DNA of 52,819 nt, taken from positions 1-52,819 of the forward strand of contig CAIUWO010000617.1 in assembly GCA_903902895.1 (NCBI GenBank), given 5' to 3'. Made by a program: the position numbers and the translations under genes. The notes under the pieces are model-generated. The model was not told where the DNA came from. It saw only the letters and a program-made list of their open reading frames with translations, and made no database searches. This DNA is from Candidatus Hydrogenedentota bacterium (GTDB taxonomy: Bacteria; Hydrogenedentota; Hydrogenedentia; Hydrogenedentales; CAITNO01). Positions 45,169 to 52,819 of the stretch are shown piece by piece; positions within the stretch are counted from its first letter, which is position 1; each line of letters begins with the position of its first letter.

Positions 45169-47463
45169 CTATCCTGCGCATTCTGCATCCTGCCGTCTTT
45201 TTCGCATCAACAGCATGAGTGCCACAGCCAGAACGCAGGTGACGCAGGTGACGCCCGTTCCGGCGTATATGGTCCACGGACGGTAGCGAAACACGATTTC
45301 CTTTTCCGCTCCGGTGAGCCGTACCCCCCGGAAGGTTTTCCATACCCGCTCGATGGGACGCGGCGCGCCGTCCGCATAGGCTTGCCAGCCGGGGTAGTAC
45401 TGGTCAGTGAGCACCAGCAGTCCCGGCTTTCCCTGCGGCGGGCGGACCGTGACGCGCTGGGCGCGGTACCCGGTGATTTCCGCAGCCGTGGCATTTTCAC
45501 CCGGCGGCGCGGTGAAATCGGGTTCGGGCTGGGCCTGTTGCAGGACGAACGCGCGGGGCCATGCGTTTTCGTTTTCAAAAATGGCGAGGTCGCCCCTGCG
45601 CGACACCAATCGGAAGGGCGGCGTGATGTCCAACCCGTCGAGCCAGTTCAGCCGGGGCGCGCCAAAGAAATCGTTTCCCAAGCCGAGCACCAGATAGCGG
45701 ACCCCCGTGAGGTTGAGCAGCCCCGCCGCCCCGTCCGCCAGGGAAAGCCCCCCGCGCAGGCCCACCGTGGCGGTGCCGCCCGCCCCGGATTCCCCGGCCC
45801 TGATGCGCGGCGTGAGGCAGGGGTTGTACAGCGCATGAAACTCCGGCAGCGTGAAGGGGGACTGGCCGTTGAGGCAGGCCACGCCCAGCAGGGGCCCGAG
45901 TTTGGGAACGCGCCGGCCCTCATCGAGCGCGTAGTCGGCATAGACCCGCTGGCCCCGCGTGGCGTGTTCGCGCAGGAAGCTCCGCATCGACCCGTCCAGC
46001 CCGGTCAGGTCGGGTTCCCTGGGGATGTTGAAGTCCGAAACCGGATAGCATTTCCACGCGCAGGCCAGCAGCGTCAGCACCGGGACCAGGGCCAGCGTCG
46101 CGGGCCATGCCCCGGCTCCCGCCGTGCCGGGGCGCGCCAGCGTGGACACGGCTATCAGCAGCCCCATTGCCACGAAACCGAGCAGTGCCATGCTTGTGTC
46201 AAACCCCGTCCACATGCGGTCCGCCGCAAACGCCGCCAATCCGGCGAGCATAAGGAACCGCAGGGGCGACAGGGGCAGCCGCCGCCTCGCCGCCGTGCCC
46301 AAATCGTCCATCAGGCGCTGCGCGCCCAGCGCCGCCAGCACCGCGATGGACAGCAGCAGAAACGGCGCAAAGCGGATGGGCGCCTGAAACCAGCCTCCCG
46401 TGGGCACGCAGTGAAAATACACATGGGAGACCACGGAGGCGTTGCCGCGGAGGAGTTCCAGGGAGAGCATGCCAAGAAGCGCAAAGAAGACCGTCTCTGC
46501 CCTCGGGCGCAGCAGCGCATAGACGGCCAGCGCGAGAAGCGGCAACCCGATGAAAAGCAGGTTGCCCCCGGTGCTGTTTGCGACGAGTTGGCGCAAGAGT
46601 TCGGCGTGCGTGCCCAGTCCGGCGCCAAAGGCCGTTTCAAAACTGAGCGCGCCGGGTCCCCGCACACTGCGGAGCGAAAGCTCCGCCGTGGGAAGAATCT
46701 GAACGGCGGCAAAGCCCAGGGAGAACAGCGCCGCCGCGCCGAACCACGCGCCGGAGGAAAGGGCACCGCGGCCGCTCCTGTCGTGGACGAGCCGTTGCGC
46801 CATCCGAAAGCCGCCATAGACGGCCAGCAGCAGGCCGGTCCGGGCCGAGATTTCGGCCTCCCCGGCGAACAGTTGCAGTGCCAGCGCGCCGCCCAGCGCC
46901 ACGGCCCTACGCGGTCCCGGCGCTTCCAGCAGCCTGTCGGCCAGCAGCAGAACAAGCGGCACCCAGACAGCACTGCAGTAGGTGTCCGGCACGGCGCACA
47001 GGTGCAGCACCGACCATTCGGAGAACGCGGCGGCCAGTGCCCCGCAGCATGCGGCCGCCGCACCAAGCCGCAGCGAACGCCGCAGATAAAGAAACATGAA
47101 AACGGCGAAGAGCCAGAGGTGCAGGCCGCCCACGAGCAGCCGGGCCGCGCGGCAGGGCATGAACAGGAAGAGCCAGTTGGGCGGATACAGCGGGCCGTAT
47201 TCGAGCGTGGCGAACATGGGCATGCCGAGCATTTCATCGGGATTCCAGAGCGGCAACTCGCCCCGGAACAGGGTGTCCCTGGAGAAGAGCAGGTTGGGCA
47301 GGTAATAGCGCATGACATCGGCGACGGCGCCACCGCCGGCAGGGCCGCCCACGCGCCAGAACTGTGTCCAGACGTACAGGCCCGCCAGCACGGCGCATGC
47401 GCCCAGTGCCAGCATGCGGGCATGGCCCGCCCGCGCTTTTCCCGCTCCCGACTCGGTGCTCAT
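45169..47463 (-). CDS. YfhO-family multi-pass membrane protein (GT-C-like)
   Basis: 'GELPLWNP...GMP...LYPPN', 'AVQILPT', 'PRAF' and 'LTDQYYPGWQA..DG...FRYRP' motifs. Start uncertain. Confidence 0.85.
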   Translation of the reverse strand: MSTESGAGKARAGHARMLALGACAVLAGLYVWTQFWRVGGPAGGGAVADVMRYYLPNLLFSRDTLFRGELPLWNPDEMLGMPMFATLEYGPLYPPNWLFLFMPCRAARLLVGGLHLWLFAVFMFLYLRRSLRLGAAAACCGALAAAFSEWSVLHLCAVPDTYCSAVWVPLVLLLADRLLEAPGPRRAVALGGALALQLFAGEAEISARTGLLLAVYGGFRMAQRLVHDRSGRGALSSGAWFGAAALFSLGFAAVQILPTAELSLRSVRGPGALSFETAFGAGLGTHAELLRQLVANSTGGNLLFIGLPLLALAVYALLRPRAETVFFALLGMLSLELLRGNASVVSHVYFHCVPTGGWFQAPIRFAPFLLLSIAVLAALGAQRLMDDLGTAARRRLPLSPLRFLMLAGLAAFAADRMWTGFDTSMALLGFVAMGLLIAVSTLARPGTAGAGAWPATLALVPVLTLLACAWKCYPVSDFNIPREPDLTGLDGSMRSFLREHATRGQRVYADYALDEGRRVPKLGPLLGVACLNGQSPFTLPEFHALYNPCLTPRIRAGESGAGGTATVGLRGGLSLADGAAGLLNLTGVRYLVLGLGNDFFGAPRLNWLDGLDITPPFRLVSRRGDLAIFENENAWPRAFVLQQAQPEPDFTAPPGENATAAEITGYRAQRVTVRPPQGKPGLLVLTDQYYPGWQAYADGAPRPIERVWKTFRGVRLTGAEKEIVFRYRPWTIYAGTGVTCVTCVLAVALMLLMRKRRQDAECAG

Positions 47464-47724
47464 CGCGGCGTTGTGAACCCCCGGCTTGGCTGTCCGGCGG
47501 GATTTCCCGTGCATCCCGCAGAATTCCAGTATAGCAAAGCGGAGGCATGGTTGTGTTGCGGGCGCTTTGGCGGCCGTAGGTGATGCGGCGAGTGCGGGGA
47601 GTTTGGGAGGAGGCGTCCCGGCGCGCCGCGCGCCTTCCTGGCCCGCACATATCACCAGTACGCGCCTGTCATATTCAAGACGAAACCGGCAATAAACTTA
47701 ACCGCAACAGCAGAAAGACAGGCC

Positions 47725-47832
47725 GTCATTGCGAGCAAAGCGAAGCAATCTCTTGCTCGCCATATGCCGTTCGGCAAAGGCCGTCGCTTCAAGAGATTGC
47801 CGCGTCGGGCTTAAAGCCCTCCTCGCAATGAC
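47725..47832. repeat. Inverted-repeat element GTCATTGCGAG...GCAATCTC / GAGATTGC...CTCGCAATGAC
   Basis: 11-bp terminal inverted repeats plus an inner GCAATCTC(TTG)/(CAA)GAGATTGC pair, just downstream of rluB. Confidence 0.8.
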
Positions 47833-47848
47833 TGGTGAGACATGCTGG

Positions 47849-48565
47849 CTAGGCCAGTCCGACCAGGGCCTTGAGCCCGGCCACTTCCTTTTCGGTGAGG
47901 TTGCGCCATTCGCCGGGGCGCATGCCGTTCACCTCAATGCCCGCGAAGGTGATGCGGCGCAGTGTCTGCACGGGGTGGCCGACGGCATCGCACATGCGCT
48001 TGACCTCGCGCTTGCGCCCCTCGTGGATGATGAGCCGCACGAGCGAGTTGCCCGGGCGCGATTCGAGCACGCTGACCTTGGCGGGGGCGGTGGGTCCGTC
48101 CTCCAGTTCCACGCCCTGCTCCAGCCGCCTGGCGGCGGCCGGTTCCATTTTGCCGCGCACCCAGGCCAGATACTCTTTTTCGATGCCGAACTTGGGATGG
48201 ATCAGGCGGAAGGCCAGTTCGCCGTCATTGGTGAGCAGCAGCACGCCCTCGACGTCGAAATCCAGACGGCCCACCGGGAACACGCGCGAATCGGTGCTAT
48301 GGACGCAGTCGAGCACGGTGCGCCGGCCGTGGGTGTCCTTGGCGGTGGTGACGACGTTGCGCGGCTTGTTGAGGACGATGTAGACCTTCTTGTCCGTGCC
48401 CGGTTCGCGGCCGTCGACGGCAACGCGGTCCACGGCCGGGTCAACCGACTGGCCGAGGGTGGCGGTGACGCCGTTGACACTGACGCGGCCGGCGGAAATG
48501 AGTGCCTCCGAGGCACGCCGCGAGGCCACGCCGCATTCGGCCAGGTATTTCTGCAGCCGCACCAC
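47849..48565 (-). CDS. rluB: 23S rRNA pseudouridine synthase, RluB/RsuA family
   Basis: S4 domain 'RLQKYLAECGVASRR'; 'LNKP', 'PVGRLD' and 'EGRKREVKRM' motifs; follows scpB. Confidence 0.9.
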   Translation of the reverse strand: MVRLQKYLAECGVASRRASEALISAGRVSVNGVTATLGQSVDPAVDRVAVDGREPGTDKKVYIVLNKPRNVVTTAKDTHGRRTVLDCVHSTDSRVFPVGRLDFDVEGVLLLTNDGELAFRLIHPKFGIEKEYLAWVRGKMEPAAARRLEQGVELEDGPTAPAKVSVLESRPGNSLVRLIIHEGRKREVKRMCDAVGHPVQTLRRITFAGIEVNGMRPGEWRNLTEKEVAGLKALVGLA

Positions 48566-48568
48566 GGG

Positions 48569-49180
48569 TCAGTCCAGAATCCGCAGTTCGTCGATGGACG
48601 GCAGTTCTTTGAGGCTCTTGAGCCCGAAGGTGGTGAGGAACTCGTCGGTGGTGCGGTAAATCTTGGGGCGTCCCGGCAGGTCGGCCACGCCGGCAACGCG
48701 GATGAGCCGCTTGTCCTGCAGCTGGTCGAAGGCGTAGGAGACGCTCACGCCGCGGATGGCCTCGACCTCGGCGCGGGTGACAGGCTGCTTGTAGGCGATG
48801 ATGGCCAGCGTCTCCAGGAGCGACTTGGACATGCGGTTGCTCTTCTTGACCTGGAACAGCCGCCGCACGTAGGGGGCGAACTGGGGCTTGGTCATGAACT
48901 GGTAACCGCCGGCGATCTCGCGCAGGGCGTAGGGAAGCGATTCCTGGGTATCCAGCTCCTCGCGCAGCTCCTCCAGCAGCATGGCCACGATGTCGGGGTC
49001 CATGTCGCCGAGCGCCTGGGCCAGGCGGTTCGCGCTGAGCGGCTTGTCGCTCACGAACAGGAGCGCGTAGAGCGCCTGCCGCGACTCCTCGCGGCCCAGC
49101 GTCTCCACCGGCTCAAGGATGTCCCCGGCGTCCGGGGCCCGTTCGATTTCTTCTTCGGGGATCAGTTCTTCTTGCGACAT
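48569..49180 (-). CDS. scpB: SMC-Scp complex subunit ScpB
   Basis: 'LETLAIIAYKQPVTRAEVEAIRGV', 'GRP..Y.TT.EFL..FGL.SL.ELP' motifs. Confidence 0.95.
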   Translation of the reverse strand: MSQEELIPEEEIERAPDAGDILEPVETLGREESRQALYALLFVSDKPLSANRLAQALGDMDPDIVAMLLEELREELDTQESLPYALREIAGGYQFMTKPQFAPYVRRLFQVKKSNRMSKSLLETLAIIAYKQPVTRAEVEAIRGVSVSYAFDQLQDKRLIRVAGVADLPGRPKIYRTTDEFLTTFGLKSLKELPSIDELRILD

Positions 49181-49217
49181 GGATGGGTCCGCCTGTGTGT
49201 CCGTGCGCGCCGCCGGG

Positions 49218-50231
49218 TCAGAGAGTCTTCTTCATCACGTCGAGCAGGGGCCGGATGGCCGCCATCAGTTCCTCGAACCGGCGGGGCTTGAGCGACTGCT
49301 GGCCGTCGGAGAGGGCGACTTCCGGGTTCGGGTGCATCTCGACCATGATGCCGTCGGCGCCCGAGGCGACGGCGGCGCAGGCCATGGGCAGCACCAGCTC
49401 CCAGCGCCCCGCGGCATGGCTCGGATCGACGATGACTGGCAGATGGCTGAGTTTGCGGATGACCGGCACCGCCTGGATGTCCAGCGTGTTGCGCGTCTCG
49501 GTCTCAAAAGTGCGGATGCCGCGCTCGCAGAGCACCACGTTCGGGTTGCCCTCGGACATGATGTATTCGGCCGACATCAGCCATTCGTTGATGGTCGACA
49601 TCATGCCGCGCTTGAGAAGCACGGGCCGGTTCGACTTGCCGGCGGCCCGCAGCAGCCCGTAGTTCTGCATGTTGCGCGCGCCGATCTGGATCATGTCGGC
49701 AAATTCGGCCACGATGGCGACCTGCTCGGGCGTGGTGGCCTCGGTGACCACCGGCAGCCCGACGGCCTGGCCCGCGGACCAGAGCAGTTTGAGCCCCTCC
49801 AGTTCCATGCCCTGGAAGCTGTAGGGCGACGTGCGGGGCTTGAACGCGCCGCCGCGCAGCATGGTGGCCCCGGCGTCTTTGACGATTTGCGCCGAAAGGT
49901 TGACCTGTTCCTTCGATTCCACCGAGCAGGGCCCGGCCATGACGCAGAAATGGCCGCCGCCTATCTTGGCGGTGCCGCATTCGACGACGGTGTCCTCGCT
50001 TCTGACCTCGCGTCCGGCCAGTTTGAACGGTTTGAGGATGGGAAACACCTTTTCGACGTGGGGAAGCGCCTCAAGCGCGGTCAGGCGCTCCTTGCCGCGC
50101 TCGTCACCCACGGCCGCGACGACCGTTCGCTCAACGCCGACGATGACGTGCGCCTTATAGCCCAGTTCCTCAATCCGCTGGACGACGTGCTCGACGTCCT
50201 CCTTTTTCGACGATGCCATTACAATAATCAT
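49218..50231 (-). CDS. aroF: DAHP synthase type I-beta with N-terminal ferredoxin-like regulatory domain
   Basis: Start ATG 50231 'MIIVM'; 'AGPCSVES', 'RGGAFKPRTSPYSFQG', 'IGARNMQN', 'CERGIRTFE' and 'DPSH' motifs. Confidence 0.95.
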   Translation of the reverse strand: MIIVMASSKKEDVEHVVQRIEELGYKAHVIVGVERTVVAAVGDERGKERLTALEALPHVEKVFPILKPFKLAGREVRSEDTVVECGTAKIGGGHFCVMAGPCSVESKEQVNLSAQIVKDAGATMLRGGAFKPRTSPYSFQGMELEGLKLLWSAGQAVGLPVVTEATTPEQVAIVAEFADMIQIGARNMQNYGLLRAAGKSNRPVLLKRGMMSTINEWLMSAEYIMSEGNPNVVLCERGIRTFETETRNTLDIQAVPVIRKLSHLPVIVDPSHAAGRWELVLPMACAAVASGADGIMVEMHPNPEVALSDGQQSLKPRRFEELMAAIRPLLDVMKKTL

Positions 50232-50435
50232 GGCTGGAAATTCCTCTTGGTGGAGATAAACCCGCCGCTGCGGCGTGAAAGAGAAGTATACCGTCCGGCG
50301 GGCGGGCAAGGCAAAACGGGGGCGGGGCGGCGCGGGAAGGCTGTGGCTGTGGGCCGCATCCTGCCCTGTCGGCTGCCCCGTTAGGCCGCCTGAGCCGTCG
50401 CCTCTTTGCCCCCGGCTCGGCTGTGGGCGCAGGCG

Positions 50436-50544
50436 GGCTAAAGCCTCCGAAAAGCACGCTGAAGCGCGCTGGTTCAAATCACTTTGGACTTCCCCTGACA
50501 CCCCGGCTAAAGCCGGGTGTAAAGGGGAGCCCGCTAAAGCGGGC
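50436..50544. repeat. Cluster of GCT(A/G)AAGC-loop hairpins (REP-like)
   Basis: GGCTAAAGCC, AGCACGCTGAAGCGCGCT, ACACCCCGGCTAAAGCCGGGTGT and GCCCGCTAAAGCGGGC in tandem. Confidence 0.7.
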
Positions 50545-50978
50545 CGACAGGACCCTGCCCTTTTTTTCCAGACGGGTAAATTCGGGACAGGCTGAAATGG
50601 CGATAAGTCGGTGCCATTCTAGCCTGATAATCATCTAGGCGGCTCCCCGATTTCCCTCTGACAAACACATGAAATGAGCGCGGAACAACAGGAACAATAC
50701 GGTTGCCCCGCCTGTTTCCAAAAGGAAAGCAAGGGCGTCAGCGGGCCATTTATGGCGGCACTGCCGGCGCTAACGACGCTGTGCGGACGGCGGAAGATAA
50801 TTGAAAAGGAATCGCAGGCGGGTTCAGATGGGAAGTCTTGGCTCAACCGGTGTTCACACGAATGACAGGGGTTCGAGACAACGCATGCTCTGTAATAACC
50901 CAACGCACGCTTTGTAATAATCTAAGGATTGCAAACTGACCACATGCAAAATCGCAAACAAACAAGGAGTGTCAGGTT

Positions 50979-51830
50979 TTGAGGCTCTTTATTCACGCAT
51001 TGATGTGCGCAGCAACAGTTGTTGTCTGCTTGTCTCTTGCCGGCTGTTCGAATCCGAAGCCATGGCCGAAAAGCCCGCTGTATGAGACGCCCGTCAACGA
51101 CCCGAATTGGCAGGCGCCCGCAAGCAAAGAAGAGGCCATGGCCGCCATGGCGGGGCATTATGCCCACTACGATGCGGTTGCCTACGAGGCTGAGACGCCC
51201 AACGGGCCTTTGTCAACATTTATCATTTCTTACGGCTTTACGGACCTGGTAATCGAGGACGGGCAGCTCGTCGAGTACGACCGTTTTTGCCATGCCGAAC
51301 ATAGAGCCAACCAGAATATGGTCACAGCCTTCCCCGACGGGGCCACACAGGCAATTCTGCCCCGACAGGCAATAGTCGATGTTTATGAAGAGGATGGGGC
51401 ATGGAAGATGAGGCGGCCCGCAACGCCAACCCTGATCGGTATTGATGGAAATCCCGACGCGGCGCTTTCAATGAACCCCAATGACCCCCTGATCAATGAC
51501 GCCGACAACGACGGGAAACCCGGCGTCACGGTGTTCGTGGAACTGTTCGGATTGATCAAAGGCGAGATATATCTTGCCCGACGGGAGATATTTCAGAACG
51601 ATGTGACGCTCTACTCCGACGGCACGCTGCGGGGGTCCGTGGTTGACGATTCGGAACAGCTTGTGGTCGGCGCATCGCTTCGCATCCTGAACACGCCCAA
51701 TGACCCGGACCAGCGGAAAGACCCGGGTCTGAATCCAATCATACTTGTTCCCATTCCCGGTGACCTCGACACTTGTGAAGAACTGATGGCGAATCGGGAC
51801 TTGCTGTTTCCGGCTGAGCCCGGTTTCTAA
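50979..51830 (+). CDS. Hypothetical lipoprotein
   Basis: AAGGAG RBS, TTG start, lipobox LAG-C; acidic protein with 'DADNDGKPG' Ca-binding-like loop. Confidence 0.8.
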   Translation: MRLFIHALMCAATVVVCLSLAGCSNPKPWPKSPLYETPVNDPNWQAPASKEEAMAAMAGHYAHYDAVAYEAETPNGPLSTFIISYGFTDLVIEDGQLVEYDRFCHAEHRANQNMVTAFPDGATQAILPRQAIVDVYEEDGAWKMRRPATPTLIGIDGNPDAALSMNPNDPLINDADNDGKPGVTVFVELFGLIKGEIYLARREIFQNDVTLYSDGTLRGSVVDDSEQLVVGASLRILNTPNDPDQRKDPGLNPIILVPIPGDLDTCEELMANRDLLFPAEPGF

Positions 51831-52298
51831 CCGGTGCCTCCCGGGCAAATTCGGCACAGACTGCGATTGATTCGCATGAGGCTGCGGGCGAAGCAGATTG
51901 CTTGGCTTCGCTGCCACTAAAGTTCAGGTCTTTGGGAACTGCGGAAGCATGCATGTGCCACCGCACGCGTCATTTCGCAATGGGAAACCCGGGAACGCTT
52001 CCCCGAATACGTGCGAACAATACCCTCGGCTCAGAAAGGGTGTTGACGCAAACAGAGTACGCGCGGAGCCAACGTCTTGGTTGTGGTTCTTGCCGCCCGA
52101 TGGCGTATCGCGCTCTGACCGGCCAACCCTGCTAGCCAACCCGCGTGCAGACGTTGGGGCGGAAACTCGTAGTCTGGTTTTCCAAGGAGAATCGGGACGC
52201 CCAAATCTAGTATGGTGTTCCTCGAATGCTTATCCGGAACATCCCATGGCCCAGATTTTGCGCTGAAATGCGACGGTGCACCAGGAAACCCAGAAACG

Positions 52299-52819
52299 AT
52301 GAAAAAACTGCTAACGCTGATTATAGTTCTGTTCTTGGGCGCGACCGCGGCCTTTGCCGCGCCGAAGGCCAGTGTCGTCTGGCTGGATGACTTGGAGATT
52401 CAGGCCTACAGCGAGGGAATACGTCCGGTTCAGGCAAAGACCAACTACACGCATGACACGATGCGCGTGAAGGGCAGCGCCTATACACGGGGTGTGGGCG
52501 TGCAGTCTGTCAGTGTGCTTTCCTTCCGTTTGGACGGCAACGCCACCCGGTTTACGGCGTTGGTCGGTGTGGATGACACGGCCAACCGTTCCGTGCCGGT
52601 GACCTTCTATGTGATTGCCGACAAGAAGGTGCTCTTCGACAGCGGGAAGATGCGCGTCGGCGATGTGCCCAAGCCTGTTGACGTGGACCTCACGGGCATT
52701 AAGCAACTGGGACTGCTCGTGACGGACAAGGTGGGCGGCATCAGAAACAACCGGACCTACTCCAACTGGGCCAATGCCCAATTGGTCATGGTTGAGGGTA
52801 AAGTGCCGGTTCCGCAGCC
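52299..52819 (+). CDS. Secreted NPCBM/NEW2-domain protein, probably a glycoside hydrolase (3' end off the window)
   Basis: Hand translation: MKKLLTLIIVLFLGATAAFA signal, then 'YTRGVG...RFTALVGVDD...VTFYVIADKKVLFDSG.M...VDVDLTGIKQLGLLVTD...NWANA'. Confidence 0.88.
   Translation, partial: MKKLLTLIIVLFLGATAAFAAPKASVVWLDDLEIQAYSEGIRPVQAKTNYTHDTMRVKGSAYTRGVGVQSVSVLSFRLDGNATRFTALVGVDDTANRSVPVTFYVIADKKVLFDSGKMRVGDVPKPVDVDLTGIKQLGLLVTDKVGGIRNNRTYSNWANAQLVMVEGKVPVPQ

Overview
GC-rich bacterial chromosomal window with no prophage, rRNA or CRISPR array. The protein style (C-terminal LPVAG-TM-KRRR tail, 'RMRFSDDGSTW' Ig-like repeats, many Tat-exported sugar enzymes) suggests Candidatus Hydrogenedentes; this is an inference from recall, not a search. 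Contents: secreted proteins and CAZymes (Kelch/Ig protein, papain-like protease, beta-helix enzymes, NPCBM protein); a lower-GC C5-methyltransferase + HNH endonuclease cassette; pilT and an O-antigen-ligase/TPR gene; an exported ThuA / Gfo-Idh-MocA / TIM-barrel / PmoA-like(DUF6807) sugar-redox cluster; an IS200-like HUH transposase flanked by 50-bp inverted hairpin arms whose transposase-free copy recurs 26 kb away; a BtuFCD/FecBCD-like ABC importer; a thyX-nrdJ operon preceded by four NrdR boxes; comEC; a DDE transposase remnant next to tRNA-Leu(CAG); a PP2C phosphatase; a BlaI-M56 pair with a visible operator; an orphan HicB-like gene; a YfhO-like gene; and aroF-scpB-rluB. Intergenic DNA carries several distinct REP-like palindrome families and short periodic repeats.
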